From assembly GCA_963728565.1 (NCBI GenBank), contig CAVSLC010000020.1:32001-96000 (forward strand): a stretch of DNA of 64,000 nucleotides. The letters run 5' to 3'. Origin of the DNA: an uncultured delta proteobacterium. GTDB lineage: Bacteria; Desulfobacterota; Binatia; UBA9968. A program made the translations under genes and the position numbers. Below the pieces are notes generated by a model. The model was not told the origin of the DNA. It made no database searches and saw only the letters and a program-made list of their open reading frames with translations. The first letter of the stretch is position 1. Every line of letters starts with the position of its first letter. Positions 52,102 through 61,674 of this stretch are shown here, piece after piece.

Positions 52102-53193
52102 ATGATCGCTTCCATCAAGCCCGTGATCGTGGTCGAGGACGATTCGTTTCTGCGGGTGATCCAGCTCGTTCTCGACCCAACTGCACCCGACGAGCTTTTC
52201 GAGGCCTTCGCTCATTTCTGCGCCCATGATCTGCCGGATTTCCGCGGTTGGTGCGAGCAAGTCCGCGCCCGTGTGCGTCACTTGTATCCGGCAGATGTCC
52301 GGCTTGTGCGCGACTGCGCCGAATTGCTGGCAAATATTCCTGGAGCGAGCGCGCTGGTGGTCGAAGCGTTACCGCTCGGCGCGCAAGAGATTGCCGCAGC
52401 GGGCGGCAGCCTGCGGCTGGTCCAGAGATATGGCACCCTTACTCGTAACATCGATAAAGCCGCGTGCGGCGGCGCCGGTATTCAGGTAAAAACTCTCCGG
52501 CGCCGCGCTAATATTTCCACCGCCGAGCAAGCGCTGGCACTGATGCTCGCTTTGGCGCGCCAGCTCAATCAGAACGCCAATTTAATCAGCATCGAGCAGA
52601 TAAAAGCAGCGGGCTATACACCGACTCAGTATGACCGCGCGCGAACCCCCAACGGCAACTGGGCGCGAATCACCGGACTCAAAACCCTTTATGGTCGGCA
52701 ATTGGGCATCATTGGATTCGGGGAAATCGGCCGGGAACTCGCGCTACGGGCCTCGGCGCTAGGCATGCGCATCACCTATCACCAGCGCCACAGTCTCGTG
52801 GCGGCGGAAGAACAGCGCTATCAGGTGAGCTATTCGTCGCTGGGACAGCTTCTCGAAACATCCGACTGCATCAGCCTGCATCTCCCCCGCGGAGCGGAAA
52901 CTCGCGGCATCATCGGTCGCGCCGAGCTTGAGAACATCAAACCGGGCGCACTGCTCATCAATGTGTCACAGCCTTATCTCATCGACCGCGCCGCCCTATC
53001 GGATGCTCTCAAATCTGACCGGTTGGGCGGTTTCGCAATGGATAGCTTTTATGAAGAGCCGGCAGATCCCAATGATCCGCTGATAAAATTTAGAAATGTC
53101 ATTATTACCCCTCACCTGGCTGGTTCGCCCAGGTCGAATTCCCTAGACGATATAGCAGAGTTGCTGGACAATCTGGCGGACGGCTTGTCATAG
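52102..53193 (+). CDS. Atypical D-2-hydroxyacid dehydrogenase-family protein
   Basis: GFGEIG, SLHLP, EEP, TPHLAG. Confidence 0.82.
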   Translation: MIASIKPVIVVEDDSFLRVIQLVLDPTAPDELFEAFAHFCAHDLPDFRGWCEQVRARVRHLYPADVRLVRDCAELLANIPGASALVVEALPLGAQEIAAAGGSLRLVQRYGTLTRNIDKAACGGAGIQVKTLRRRANISTAEQALALMLALARQLNQNANLISIEQIKAAGYTPTQYDRARTPNGNWARITGLKTLYGRQLGIIGFGEIGRELALRASALGMRITYHQRHSLVAAEEQRYQVSYSSLGQLLETSDCISLHLPRGAETRGIIGRAELENIKPGALLINVSQPYLIDRAALSDALKSDRLGGFAMDSFYEEPADPNDPLIKFRNVIITPHLAGSPRSNSLDDIAELLDNLADGLS

Positions 53194-53419
53194 TCAGCGC
53201 ATTCGATGACGAACTTCGTATTGGGAGTCACCGAGAAGCACGAAGCGGGACCGGCGCAACTCTCCATTAGATGAAGACAATCCGCCCGCGAACTTGATAC
53301 CTATCTTAACTCCGGTTTATATATAAGCTTCGAAGGAACGGACCCGTTGTTCGGAAAGCCCTTTCGGTTGGGCGTTACTGTTTACGACAGCGCTGATTAG
53401 TATATCCATAGGAGGACGC

Positions 53420-54505
53420 ATGAGCAGCTCACTGGCAACCAGAATTATAGATGGCGACGGTCACATTATCGAAGACCATGCGGGAATTATCGCCCATATG
53501 GAGACTCCCTATCGGGAAATCGCTAACCGCAAGGGCATCGTATTTCCGCCACTGGATCATCTTCATACCGGCCGGGCCGTGGAAACACCGCCGCAGCGCG
53601 ATCAGCGCCCCAATGTTGGTCCCAAAGGGTGGCTCGACTTCCTCGATGACGTAGGGATTGACTGGACGGTGCTTTACCCGACCACGGCTCTGGCTTACGG
53701 CAAGATCGTCAGTCTGGATTATGCTGTTGCCGCTGCGCGCGCTTACAACGATTGGCTTTGCGAAACCTATGTCAAATACAATCCGCGGTTTAAGGGCATG
53801 GCGATCATTCCCATGCAAGATCCGGAAGAAGCCGCCAAAGAGCTGCGCCGCGCGGTCACGGAACTGGGAATGTTGGGCGCCATGATGCCTTCCAATGGTT
53901 TGCCGCAGCCGTTAGGCGCCAAGGCGTACTGGCCGATTTATGCCGAGGCCGACCGACTCGGCTGCTGTCTTGCCGTCCATGGCGGCGCGCACGATCGTTT
54001 CGGCATGGATCACATGAATATGTATGTGCCGGTTCATGCGTTGGGTCATCCGTGGGGATTGACCTTCAACTGCGCCAATATCATTTACAACGGTATCTTC
54101 GACCGCTTCCCGAGAGTGCGCATCGCTTTTCTCGAAGGCGGGGTGGCTTGGCTCCTGCTATTATTGGAACGCCTCCATGCATCGCACGAGACCCATTTTC
54201 AGTATATTCCCCCGTCGGAATTCGGCATACGAGAAGAAGACGATCCTGGCAAATACATTAACAAACAAATTCAGGAAGGGCGCTTTTTTCTCGGCATCGA
54301 AACCGAGGAACTGACTCTTCCTTTTGCCATCAAGATCGTCGGCAATTCGCCATTCCTCTACTCGTCTGATTTTCCCCATGAGGTCACCAACGAAAGCTGC
54401 AAGCATGATCTTGGCGAGCTGATGGAGAGTGACGAAATCACTGCGGAAGACAAAGCCGCAATGCTGTACAAGAACGCCGAAAGGTTCTACAAGCTCCCGC
54501 TATAA
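53420..54505 (+). CDS. Amidohydrolase_2 family protein
   Basis: DGDGHI, ARAYNDW, AVHG, FLEGG..W, YSSDFPH; RBS aggagg. Confidence 0.9.
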   Translation: MSSSLATRIIDGDGHIIEDHAGIIAHMETPYREIANRKGIVFPPLDHLHTGRAVETPPQRDQRPNVGPKGWLDFLDDVGIDWTVLYPTTALAYGKIVSLDYAVAAARAYNDWLCETYVKYNPRFKGMAIIPMQDPEEAAKELRRAVTELGMLGAMMPSNGLPQPLGAKAYWPIYAEADRLGCCLAVHGGAHDRFGMDHMNMYVPVHALGHPWGLTFNCANIIYNGIFDRFPRVRIAFLEGGVAWLLLLLERLHASHETHFQYIPPSEFGIREEDDPGKYINKQIQEGRFFLGIETEELTLPFAIKIVGNSPFLYSSDFPHEVTNESCKHDLGELMESDEITAEDKAAMLYKNAERFYKLPL

Positions 54506-54665
54506 GATGAAAGAGTTACTGAAGCGAGACCCCTGAAGTTCTGTGAGTGACACGGCGAAGCTATTCTGAATCGGCGCTAAATACCGGCGAATTCCAGAGG
54601 TGTATCGCAGGGACTTTCTTCTGTGATCAATCACCTGTCGCCATAAAGCCGGAGGTTTAACATTC

Positions 54666-55751
54666 ATGAACGACTGTCGCGCTGCCGTTATCACCGCGCA
54701 TAATCAACCACTGACGATTGAGCGAGTGCCCATTCCTGACCTTGAACCCGGAGCGCTGCTGGTCAAAATCGCCGCCTCTACTTTGTGCGGCACGGACGTA
54801 CACCGCTGGCATGGACCGCTGGGAGACGGGGACAGCTTGCCCATCATCACCGGCCATGAACCCTGCGGTTACATCGAAGAAATCAACGGAGAACGAACCG
54901 ATATCTTAGGTCAACCGGTGAAGCGCGGCGATCGCATCGTCTGGAGCTATGTCGCTTGCGGGAGCTGCTACTACTGCAGCGTCGCGTTGCAGCCTTGCAT
55001 CTGTCCAGGGCGCGCCTCATGGGGGCATAACCGCAGCGATCAGTATCCCTATCTGCTGGGTAGCTGCGCCGAATATATGTATGTGCCGCCTCCTTGTCTG
55101 ATTATCAAAGTGCCTGAAGAGGTCTCATCGGCTTCGGCGGCGGCTTCCGCCTGTGCGTATCGCACCGTGATGCACGGCTTTGACCGGTTGGGCGCAATTA
55201 AGAGCAACGAGACGGTGGTGATTCAAGGCAGTGGACCGTTAGGCAATTTTGCTACCGCCGTTGCCAAAGATCATGGCGCCAAAAAAGTATTGGTCATCGG
55301 CGCGCCCGCGGCTCGTCTGGAAGTCACCCGTCGGATGGGCGCCGATGCGGTATTGAATTTGGAAGAGGTCACCGATGCCAAAGACCGCCGCCAATGGGTG
55401 CAAGATCATACCGACGGCCGTGGCGGTGATGTGGTGATCCAGGTCGCCAACAATATGGCGGTGCCCGAGGGACTCACGTTGCTTCGGGGCGGCGGCCGCT
55501 ACTTGAATATCGGCGCCGGCGGCAAAGCCAATATTGCGGTAGAGCGCCTGCCGCAAGAAATGACGCTGGTGACCGTCAGATCCGCGGAACCGCGTCACTG
55601 GTTGCAAGCCATCGATTTTTTGGCGACGCGCAAGGATCGATTTCCGTTCGAGGCGATGATTACGGCGCGCTACGATCTCGAACACGTAAACGACGCGCTT
55701 CAAGCGATGGCGAGTTACCAGGTGGTAAAAGCCGTCATCGACCTCAACTGA
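54666..55751 (+). CDS. Zn-dependent medium-chain alcohol dehydrogenase
   Basis: CGTD.H, GHE, CGSCYYC...C, GSGPLG. Confidence 0.92.
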   Translation: MNDCRAAVITAHNQPLTIERVPIPDLEPGALLVKIAASTLCGTDVHRWHGPLGDGDSLPIITGHEPCGYIEEINGERTDILGQPVKRGDRIVWSYVACGSCYYCSVALQPCICPGRASWGHNRSDQYPYLLGSCAEYMYVPPPCLIIKVPEEVSSASAAASACAYRTVMHGFDRLGAIKSNETVVIQGSGPLGNFATAVAKDHGAKKVLVIGAPAARLEVTRRMGADAVLNLEEVTDAKDRRQWVQDHTDGRGGDVVIQVANNMAVPEGLTLLRGGGRYLNIGAGGKANIAVERLPQEMTLVTVRSAEPRHWLQAIDFLATRKDRFPFEAMITARYDLEHVNDALQAMASYQVVKAVIDLN

Positions 55752-55918
55752 GAACACGGCGCGAGCCGACTTTACTTTACGTGGAGATCGGACGGAGTTT
55801 CATCTTACCTCTGTGACAAGTAGGAAGAAATGTAGATCGAAGAGGCAGTGTCGGTTAACCAGCAGCGGACATACGAAACGATTAACGAGCTGTGCCGCAG
55901 CTCAGGGGCTGAAGCGGG

Positions 55919-55946
55919 TCCGGCGGCTAAACCAGTAGCCGCCGGA
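55919..55946. terminator. GC-rich hairpin between convergent genes
   Basis: TCCGGCGGCTA-aaccag-TAGCCGCCGGA perfect 11-bp stem; weak U-tract. Confidence 0.5.
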
Positions 55947-55981
55947 ACTCCTGCTTAACAAGTCACTCATGTATTTGAAAG

Positions 55982-56149
55982 TCAGACTGGCGGCGAACGC
56001 CTGCCCATGACTAAGCTTACTAAAAACAGAACCAAGAATATGACGAACAGAACCCAGGCTATCTGAGTTGCCGCGCCCGCAATGCCCGAAAGACCTAGAA
56101 GGCCAGCGATCAGACCGATGACTAGAAATGTGATACTCCAGCTAAGCAT
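55982..56149 (-). CDS. DUF1328 (YtjA-like) 55-aa membrane protein, below the ORF-track cutoff
   Basis: Own translation [55 protein letters not shown]; RBS aggag. Confidence 0.92.
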   Translation of the reverse strand: MLSWSITFLVIGLIAGLLGLSGIAGAATQIAWVLFVIFLVLFLVSLVMGRRSPPV

Positions 56150-56220
56150 AATGTTCTCCTTTTCCCTTGGGTTTCCTCAACAGCACACCACGACACTTCT
56201 CGAACAAACAACGTTGGATA

Positions 56221-56820
56221 TCAGCCCGCCTCTTCCGTGCCAGCTTCCTGATACAACGGTTCAATCCGAACCAGTGTTAAACCTGACTCGACAAAGCCCA
56301 AAGCGTTAGCCGCCGCACGGGAGAGATCAATGACCCGATCGCCGACATAAGGTCCGCGATCATTTATCTCTACTTCCACACTGTTGCCATTCTCCAGATT
56401 TGTGACTTTTGCTTTCGTGCCTAGGGGAAGTGTCTTATGTGCTGCCGTTAGCCTACCCTGATCAAAAATTTCTCCGCTGGCGGTCTTCTTACCGTGAAAT
56501 CCGGGTCCATACCATGACGCTTGGCCCCGTATTACTTTTTTCTTCGAAGTCTCACGACTATTTGCCTGACGCATCGCTTTTCCTTGAACCCGCCTATTTT
56601 TAGCAGGCACAGCTGCATCCTCTAGGGTCGCCGCTTCGGCCGATTGCGGCTTTACACCTACCAGCGATCCCGGCAAAACACTCCCACCGTGAATCAGTGA
56701 GGAAGCCAGTAAAAAAACCATCCCCAATGAAGGCTGAGTTTCGACAAGAATACGCGTCGTTGAGTTCTTCAGACGAAGGCATATCTCTTCCCTCCATTTC
56801 TGTGATCGATTCCATGGCAA
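56221..56820 (-). CDS. rlpA: RlpA-like double-psi beta-barrel lytic transglycosylase
   Basis: GQASWYG..FHGKKTASGE, TAAHKTLP, INDRGP, IDLS.AAA; no SPOR domain. Confidence 0.88.
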   Translation of the reverse strand: MPWNRSQKWREEICLRLKNSTTRILVETQPSLGMVFLLASSLIHGGSVLPGSLVGVKPQSAEAATLEDAAVPAKNRRVQGKAMRQANSRETSKKKVIRGQASWYGPGFHGKKTASGEIFDQGRLTAAHKTLPLGTKAKVTNLENGNSVEVEINDRGPYVGDRVIDLSRAAANALGFVESGLTLVRIEPLYQEAGTEEAG

Positions 56821-56865
56821 TCATTTCGTGATTGGATTTTGTCGCTCATCTTGAACGAAGCATAA

Positions 56866-56881
56866 GGCAAGAGCCGTGCCG
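56866..56881 (-). promoter_or_regulatory. sigma54 -24/-12 promoter
   Basis: Minus strand CGGCACGGCTCTTGCC, close to consensus TGGCACG-N4-TTGC. Confidence 0.7.
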
Positions 56882-57191
56882 GTTGGCAAAAAAAGTCGCT
56901 TAAGCTATCAATATTTAAGGCTATTTCCACCGCCAATCAGATCAGGAACCGGACGCTGCCTGTACTGAATAACCTACAAGGCAGCCGCATGGACGGCCCC
57001 ATCGACTACCTTGATATGACATTGCTATTTGCTCTCGGCCGCACTGACGGTGAGCAAGATTGGCACAGTCAGGTTGTTAATTTACCTGGTGTTAGGGATA
57101 GTAAGACGAGTGCTACTCAGCGGTTACCGTTCAATTGTCTCGGAAATGAGACACAGCCGTGGGGTATCGAAAGGATCTTTGTTAGTGGGAT

Positions 57192-58940
57192 TTATCTCAA
57201 AGGATCTTTGCAAATAACGTTGAGCATCGCCTGGCGCTTTTCTTCCCTTACGACTTTCAACGCGCGCTTTAGCGCGCCCGGGAGCGCTTCCGGTTCTTCG
57301 ACACGCTCGGCGTATGCGCCGCAAGCTTGCGCCGTTAATTCGAACTTTGGCGACGGACTCAAATCGGTTCCTGGAAAGTTGCCGGTTTTTTGGGCGATAC
57401 CGTCAGGAAAGAGTCCGCGCGCGGCGTTGAGGCTCGCATTCCAAGCTTGGTTGTTGTAGACCACCGTTAGAAATGGAATGCGATATTTCTGCGCCGTGAA
57501 ATGACATGCAGTTGGCGCGCAGAACATATAAGAGCCATCTCCTTCTGCTGCAATGACGGTAGCTTCAGGAGCTCCCAACTTTACACCGATCGCCGCGCCC
57601 AGACCCCAACCGAGATGGCCCGCTAGTGGCGTGCCGAATTGAGAACCTGGCCGGTTCAAATGAATTACATCGGCAAGTTTCGACGTCACGGTTTCGTTGA
57701 CGATGATCGTCTTTTCGTCGATTACGTCACCGATACACTTTGACACCCATAACGGATTGATCGCCTGTTCATTTTTAACTGCGTCGATGCTGCCTTCGAC
57801 TTGACGCCACATCGCATGATGCTCGGCTTCTATCCTCTTGCGGCGATCTTCGAAGTGATTCTGCTTCGTCTTGATCTTTTGCAGCTTCGATCTAACGATC
57901 GAGGTCAGCGCCGGCAACGATATTTCCGAGCAGCCGGTTATCGGCAAGTCGGCAGGGAAGCCCCAGCCCGGAATGCCGGTGAACAGCGGATCGCGCTCAA
58001 GATGGATGATTTTCGCATCGGATCGGATAAAACGCCGGCTTGGCGGTTCCCATGGCACATCGGTATCGATGAAAAAAAGCACATCGGCTTCTTTGGAATG
58101 CTGAATCGTTTGCACTCCGAGGTAGAGCGGATGATCGGTGGGAAAATTGAGGTAACTCATTTGTTGCACCACCGGAATGGCGAGTAGTTCAGCAAGCTCT
58201 ACGAGTCGCGGCACCGCTTCGGGATTGCGCCCAAGATACTTTGTCACGATCAGCGGACGTTCCGCGTCTATGAGAAGTTCGGCGGCCTGCTCCAACGCGG
58301 CTTCATCAGCCTGCATTTTGGTGGAGGGCACCAAAGAATCCGATGACAACTCTGTCGACTCCAACGCTTCGCACAGCCATTCCCGGGGCAAGGTTAAATA
58401 GACCGGACCGCGCGGCTCGCTCATCGCAATCTTAAAAGCGCGCGATACCACGGCGGCGAGGTTCTGATTGGTTCTCAACTCGTAATCCCATTTGACGAAC
58501 TCGCGCACTATGTTTCCTTGATCGCGCGACTCCTGCCGCCAATGAATGTTCTGGCTCTTGCCACCGCGCAGCTCTCCTTCGGTGATCGGTGTTCTGCCCG
58601 CCACCAGCAATACCGGAACATTTGCCGACTGAGCATTGATGATCCCGCCTAGCGCATTGGCGGTGCCGGGCAACGTATGCACCAAAACCATTTGCGGCTT
58701 CTGAGTGACGTTGTAATAACCATGCGCCATGGAGACCGCCGCCAACTCGTGCGGGACGACAATGGGCTGAAGATCGTTAGGATCTTCGGTCGCGGTTTTT
58801 GCCAAAGCTTCTATGATCGGGCCATGATCAGTTCCGGTGTTGGCGAAGAGATAGCGGACCGCCCCAAGCGCGCGCACGTGCGCCAGGAACGCCTCGGCCC
58901 CGGTGGATACCGGCAGTGACTTCACTTTTTCTTTACTCAT
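57192..58940 (-). CDS. Thiamine-diphosphate-dependent enzyme (acetolactate synthase/benzoylformate decarboxylase-like)
   Basis: PHE..AV.MAHGY, GDGSYMF...NN ThDP motif. Confidence 0.92.
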   Translation of the reverse strand: MSKEKVKSLPVSTGAEAFLAHVRALGAVRYLFANTGTDHGPIIEALAKTATEDPNDLQPIVVPHELAAVSMAHGYYNVTQKPQMVLVHTLPGTANALGGIINAQSANVPVLLVAGRTPITEGELRGGKSQNIHWRQESRDQGNIVREFVKWDYELRTNQNLAAVVSRAFKIAMSEPRGPVYLTLPREWLCEALESTELSSDSLVPSTKMQADEAALEQAAELLIDAERPLIVTKYLGRNPEAVPRLVELAELLAIPVVQQMSYLNFPTDHPLYLGVQTIQHSKEADVLFFIDTDVPWEPPSRRFIRSDAKIIHLERDPLFTGIPGWGFPADLPITGCSEISLPALTSIVRSKLQKIKTKQNHFEDRRKRIEAEHHAMWRQVEGSIDAVKNEQAINPLWVSKCIGDVIDEKTIIVNETVTSKLADVIHLNRPGSQFGTPLAGHLGWGLGAAIGVKLGAPEATVIAAEGDGSYMFCAPTACHFTAQKYRIPFLTVVYNNQAWNASLNAARGLFPDGIAQKTGNFPGTDLSPSPKFELTAQACGAYAERVEEPEALPGALKRALKVVREEKRQAMLNVICKDPLR

Positions 58941-59195
58941 GAGCAATTTTTCCTTTCCCCAGTATCGGCGAACAGGCCCGCCGGGTGAATCCATAACTCA
59001 GAAAACTCTAGCATTCATGCTTGTGTCCGGCAGATTACATGGGATCTTTCGAGGGCGTCAAGCACGGCTGCCTTTTCCGCGCACATCGGCGCTGTACGCC
59101 AGCCAATGAACTTGACAAACTTTTCATAAATGAAAGATTGAAACGATCCATTCATGATGAGTCGCACTCTCAAACAGTGACCAGGAGGAAGGACA

Positions 59196-59433
59196 ATGGA
59201 GACGTGGAGAGCGGAAGAGATCGGTGCCACTGCAGGAAAGGTATGGAACTTTTTGCATAGTCGCGGTGAATCAAGCTTAAGCGCGGTAGAACGCGGAGTG
59301 GGCGCGCCGAAACAGCTGGTATGCATGGCCGTTGGTTGGCTTGCGCGGGAAGGGAAAGGTTGCGCTACGGCAGGAAAAACGCTCGTTGCAACTGTGTCTG
59401 ACCGACGGCGAGCAAAATTCTCGCAGGCAGTGA
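59196..59433 (+). CDS. Small winged-helix protein (DUF2582-like; frameshift near 59357)
   Basis: IGATAGKVWNFL...MAVGWLAREGK signature. Confidence 0.8.
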
Positions 59434-59557
59434 CAACGGCGGTAGAGTGTCGCGCGTTTACGCCCGTAAAGGCGCCTAGGTGAAACTAGACTTATCAACA
59501 AACAAGCAGGAGCGTTGGAAGCTAAGGCTTCGGCATTCATTCCGAGTTAACTCGATC

Positions 59558-60694
59558 TTAAAACTTCACCTTGCCTGCATACCCGGTCATTTCGACATAG
59601 CCTGATCCGACGATGGCTTTGTTTCGGAGCGTTCCTTTAACTTGCACAGCCCCCTCCCAGTAAGTAACCCGCGTGCTTCTATTCGTGATCAGCTCTTGTT
59701 CGGCGAAGTGCGGAGCGATTTCTAACTCGATTTGCTCACCGGGAATAATCACTTTCCATTTTATAGGATACTCAGCAGCACTCGCGGGACTTCGCCAACG
59801 CGCGAGGACATCTATTCGATAGTCCTTCAGGGTCAGGTGCCGGGTTGTACCGTCGGCATAAACAACCGTTCCATGTGAGTACGGATCGACGGAGCCATCC
59901 TTCCGGCGCATGAGATAAAGCATAATTTCGCTTCGGTTCTCGAGCTGAATACTAAACCAATCCCAGCCGAGCTGATCTTCGCCGAGCTGGTTGCTGCCAA
60001 ACTCGTGATCCATCCAGGTCAAACCGCGAACCTTTTCCCGTTTGCCGGCGACTAGGAGTTCTCCCTCTGCCTGCATTCGGGTCAACGAATAATAATACGA
60101 GGCCCGGCCTTCCCCTTCGCCTTTTTGGCTGTATCCATTTTGACCATGCAGTACCGGTGGCTTTAGCGACTTTAGCTCCAGGCGGAGTTCGGTGCCGCGG
60201 TCGTTCACCGAAATTTTATGGTTATCTCGATCGCCTTCCACAGACCAGTCTTCGTTCCAAACAAAGAACCGGTCAGTCCTGGCGCCAGCCTTCTCGCCGA
60301 TGCCGCGATTGATGCGCTCGCGAAAAAGAAAATTCTTGCCCGAGATGTTCGAAAGAGCGAAATGCGCCATGTACAATTCAGTAAACAGCGGGGTCTCTTT
60401 GATATTGGACTGTCGATCCCGGACGCCGAATCGGAAGAATGTGACTTGATATCCGAAGCGCTGACCGCTTTCCGCTTGAAGGTGGCCGGTGTAGTACCAC
60501 CATTCGGTTTTGAAATCAGGATGTGAATAGTGATCGGCGGGAAACGACAGGGTTCTGCCGGGGAGCGCGAGTTGATAGCTGAAAGTAGAAGTAGTCTTTT
60601 CACTCTGAGCCCGGGCTCTTACCGAAGGAGAGACGGTAAAAACCAGGAGCAGGATTAGAAACCCGATCCGATGGAGAATTTTTCTGGCTTTCAT
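59558..60694 (-). CDS. AttH/CrtC-like secreted lipocalin-fold hydrolase
   Basis: FPADH..HP.FKTEWWY, SYYYS, WMDHEF, GWDWF, YWEG, GYVEMTGY. Confidence 0.9.
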   Translation of the reverse strand: MKARKILHRIGFLILLLVFTVSPSVRARAQSEKTTSTFSYQLALPGRTLSFPADHYSHPDFKTEWWYYTGHLQAESGQRFGYQVTFFRFGVRDRQSNIKETPLFTELYMAHFALSNISGKNFLFRERINRGIGEKAGARTDRFFVWNEDWSVEGDRDNHKISVNDRGTELRLELKSLKPPVLHGQNGYSQKGEGEGRASYYYSLTRMQAEGELLVAGKREKVRGLTWMDHEFGSNQLGEDQLGWDWFSIQLENRSEIMLYLMRRKDGSVDPYSHGTVVYADGTTRHLTLKDYRIDVLARWRSPASAAEYPIKWKVIIPGEQIELEIAPHFAEQELITNRSTRVTYWEGAVQVKGTLRNKAIVGSGYVEMTGYAGKVKF

Positions 60695-60744
60695 ATCGTT
60701 TTCAATAATTGCGGATGCTTTTGGACTAATGCTATAGGGAGACT

Positions 60745-61578
60745 ATGGAAAAACAATACACACGAGAAACGCTCCTGGTATCGGCCGAGGCGCTGAAGAG
60801 AAAACTGGGCTCTGATAGTGTTTGTTTGATCGATGTGCGGCCGGCCGAGGATTTTGCTCAAGGCCACATACCGGGCGCGGTCCATTTTGATTTGTTCGGT
60901 CTTAGTCTCATCGATACGACTGAGGCGCCGCTGAAGGCTTTCATGCATATGATCCATCACGTACTGGAACTGCGCGGCGTTAGCGAAAACAAAGAAGTGG
61001 TCGTGTATGAGAATAACTCGGGGATGCGCGCCGCCCGGGCGCTGTGGTTCCTGGACTACTTCGGCCATCCCAATGCGCGTTTGCTTGACGGCGGCATGCA
61101 AGCATGGAAGGCGGCCGGGTTTGCAACGACCACGGAAGTGACTTCCCCGAAAGGTGCCGGTTTCAAAATCAGCGAGCACCGCGAGGTGCTGGCTACCGCC
61201 GACGACGTCCTTCAATCGCTCAACAAAAAGGATGTTTCAATCCTTGACACCCGAAGCCGCGCCGAATACGTCGGCAGGCAAATCCGAGCGGCCCGAGGCG
61301 GAGCCATTCCTGGCGCGATTCATATCGAATGGACCGATAACCTGGACGCCAGCGGCAAATTCAAACCTGACGCCGAGCTGAAAGCCATGTACAGCCGTGC
61401 TGGCATAACGGCGGACAAAGAAGTGATTTCGTACTGCCAGGGGGGCTACCGGGCCGCGCATAGTTACGTGGCGCTCCGCTTAATCGGATTTCCCAAAATC
61501 CGTAATTACATCGGCTCCTGGAAGGAATGGGGCGACCGCGCCGATCTTCCGATCGATCAGCCGTCCGAGCAGGAGTGA
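60745..61578 (-). other. Antisense shadow ORF region only; the real gene is on the plus strand (next feature)
   Basis: Minus-strand ORF 60691-61215 has no recognisable motifs. Confidence 0.2.
60745..61578 (+). CDS. Tandem-rhodanese sulfurtransferase
   Basis: GHIPGA, LDGG, YCQGGYR active-site loop, YIGSWKEW. Confidence 0.93.
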   Translation: MEKQYTRETLLVSAEALKRKLGSDSVCLIDVRPAEDFAQGHIPGAVHFDLFGLSLIDTTEAPLKAFMHMIHHVLELRGVSENKEVVVYENNSGMRAARALWFLDYFGHPNARLLDGGMQAWKAAGFATTTEVTSPKGAGFKISEHREVLATADDVLQSLNKKDVSILDTRSRAEYVGRQIRAARGGAIPGAIHIEWTDNLDASGKFKPDAELKAMYSRAGITADKEVISYCQGGYRAAHSYVALRLIGFPKIRNYIGSWKEWGDRADLPIDQPSEQE

Positions 61579-61674
61579 ATTCAACAACTAAGCGGCAGGC
61601 CGTCGATCATTCCGACAGGGATCCCAAGATGTGCGTACCAAGCGGGGATAAGCGTGATCCGTTAGTGCGACTAT

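Noticed and set aside
4692-59433. Many frameshifted genes (ftsK, porin 1, FAD oxidoreductase, tctC, two MFS, hybrid kinase, DUF72, wHTH) as pseudogenes or programmed frameshifts
   Set aside because: Breaks are single-base indels, often in short homopolymers, and hit a normally essential gene (ftsK) while flanking sequence stays conserved. Long-read error is the simplest explanation.
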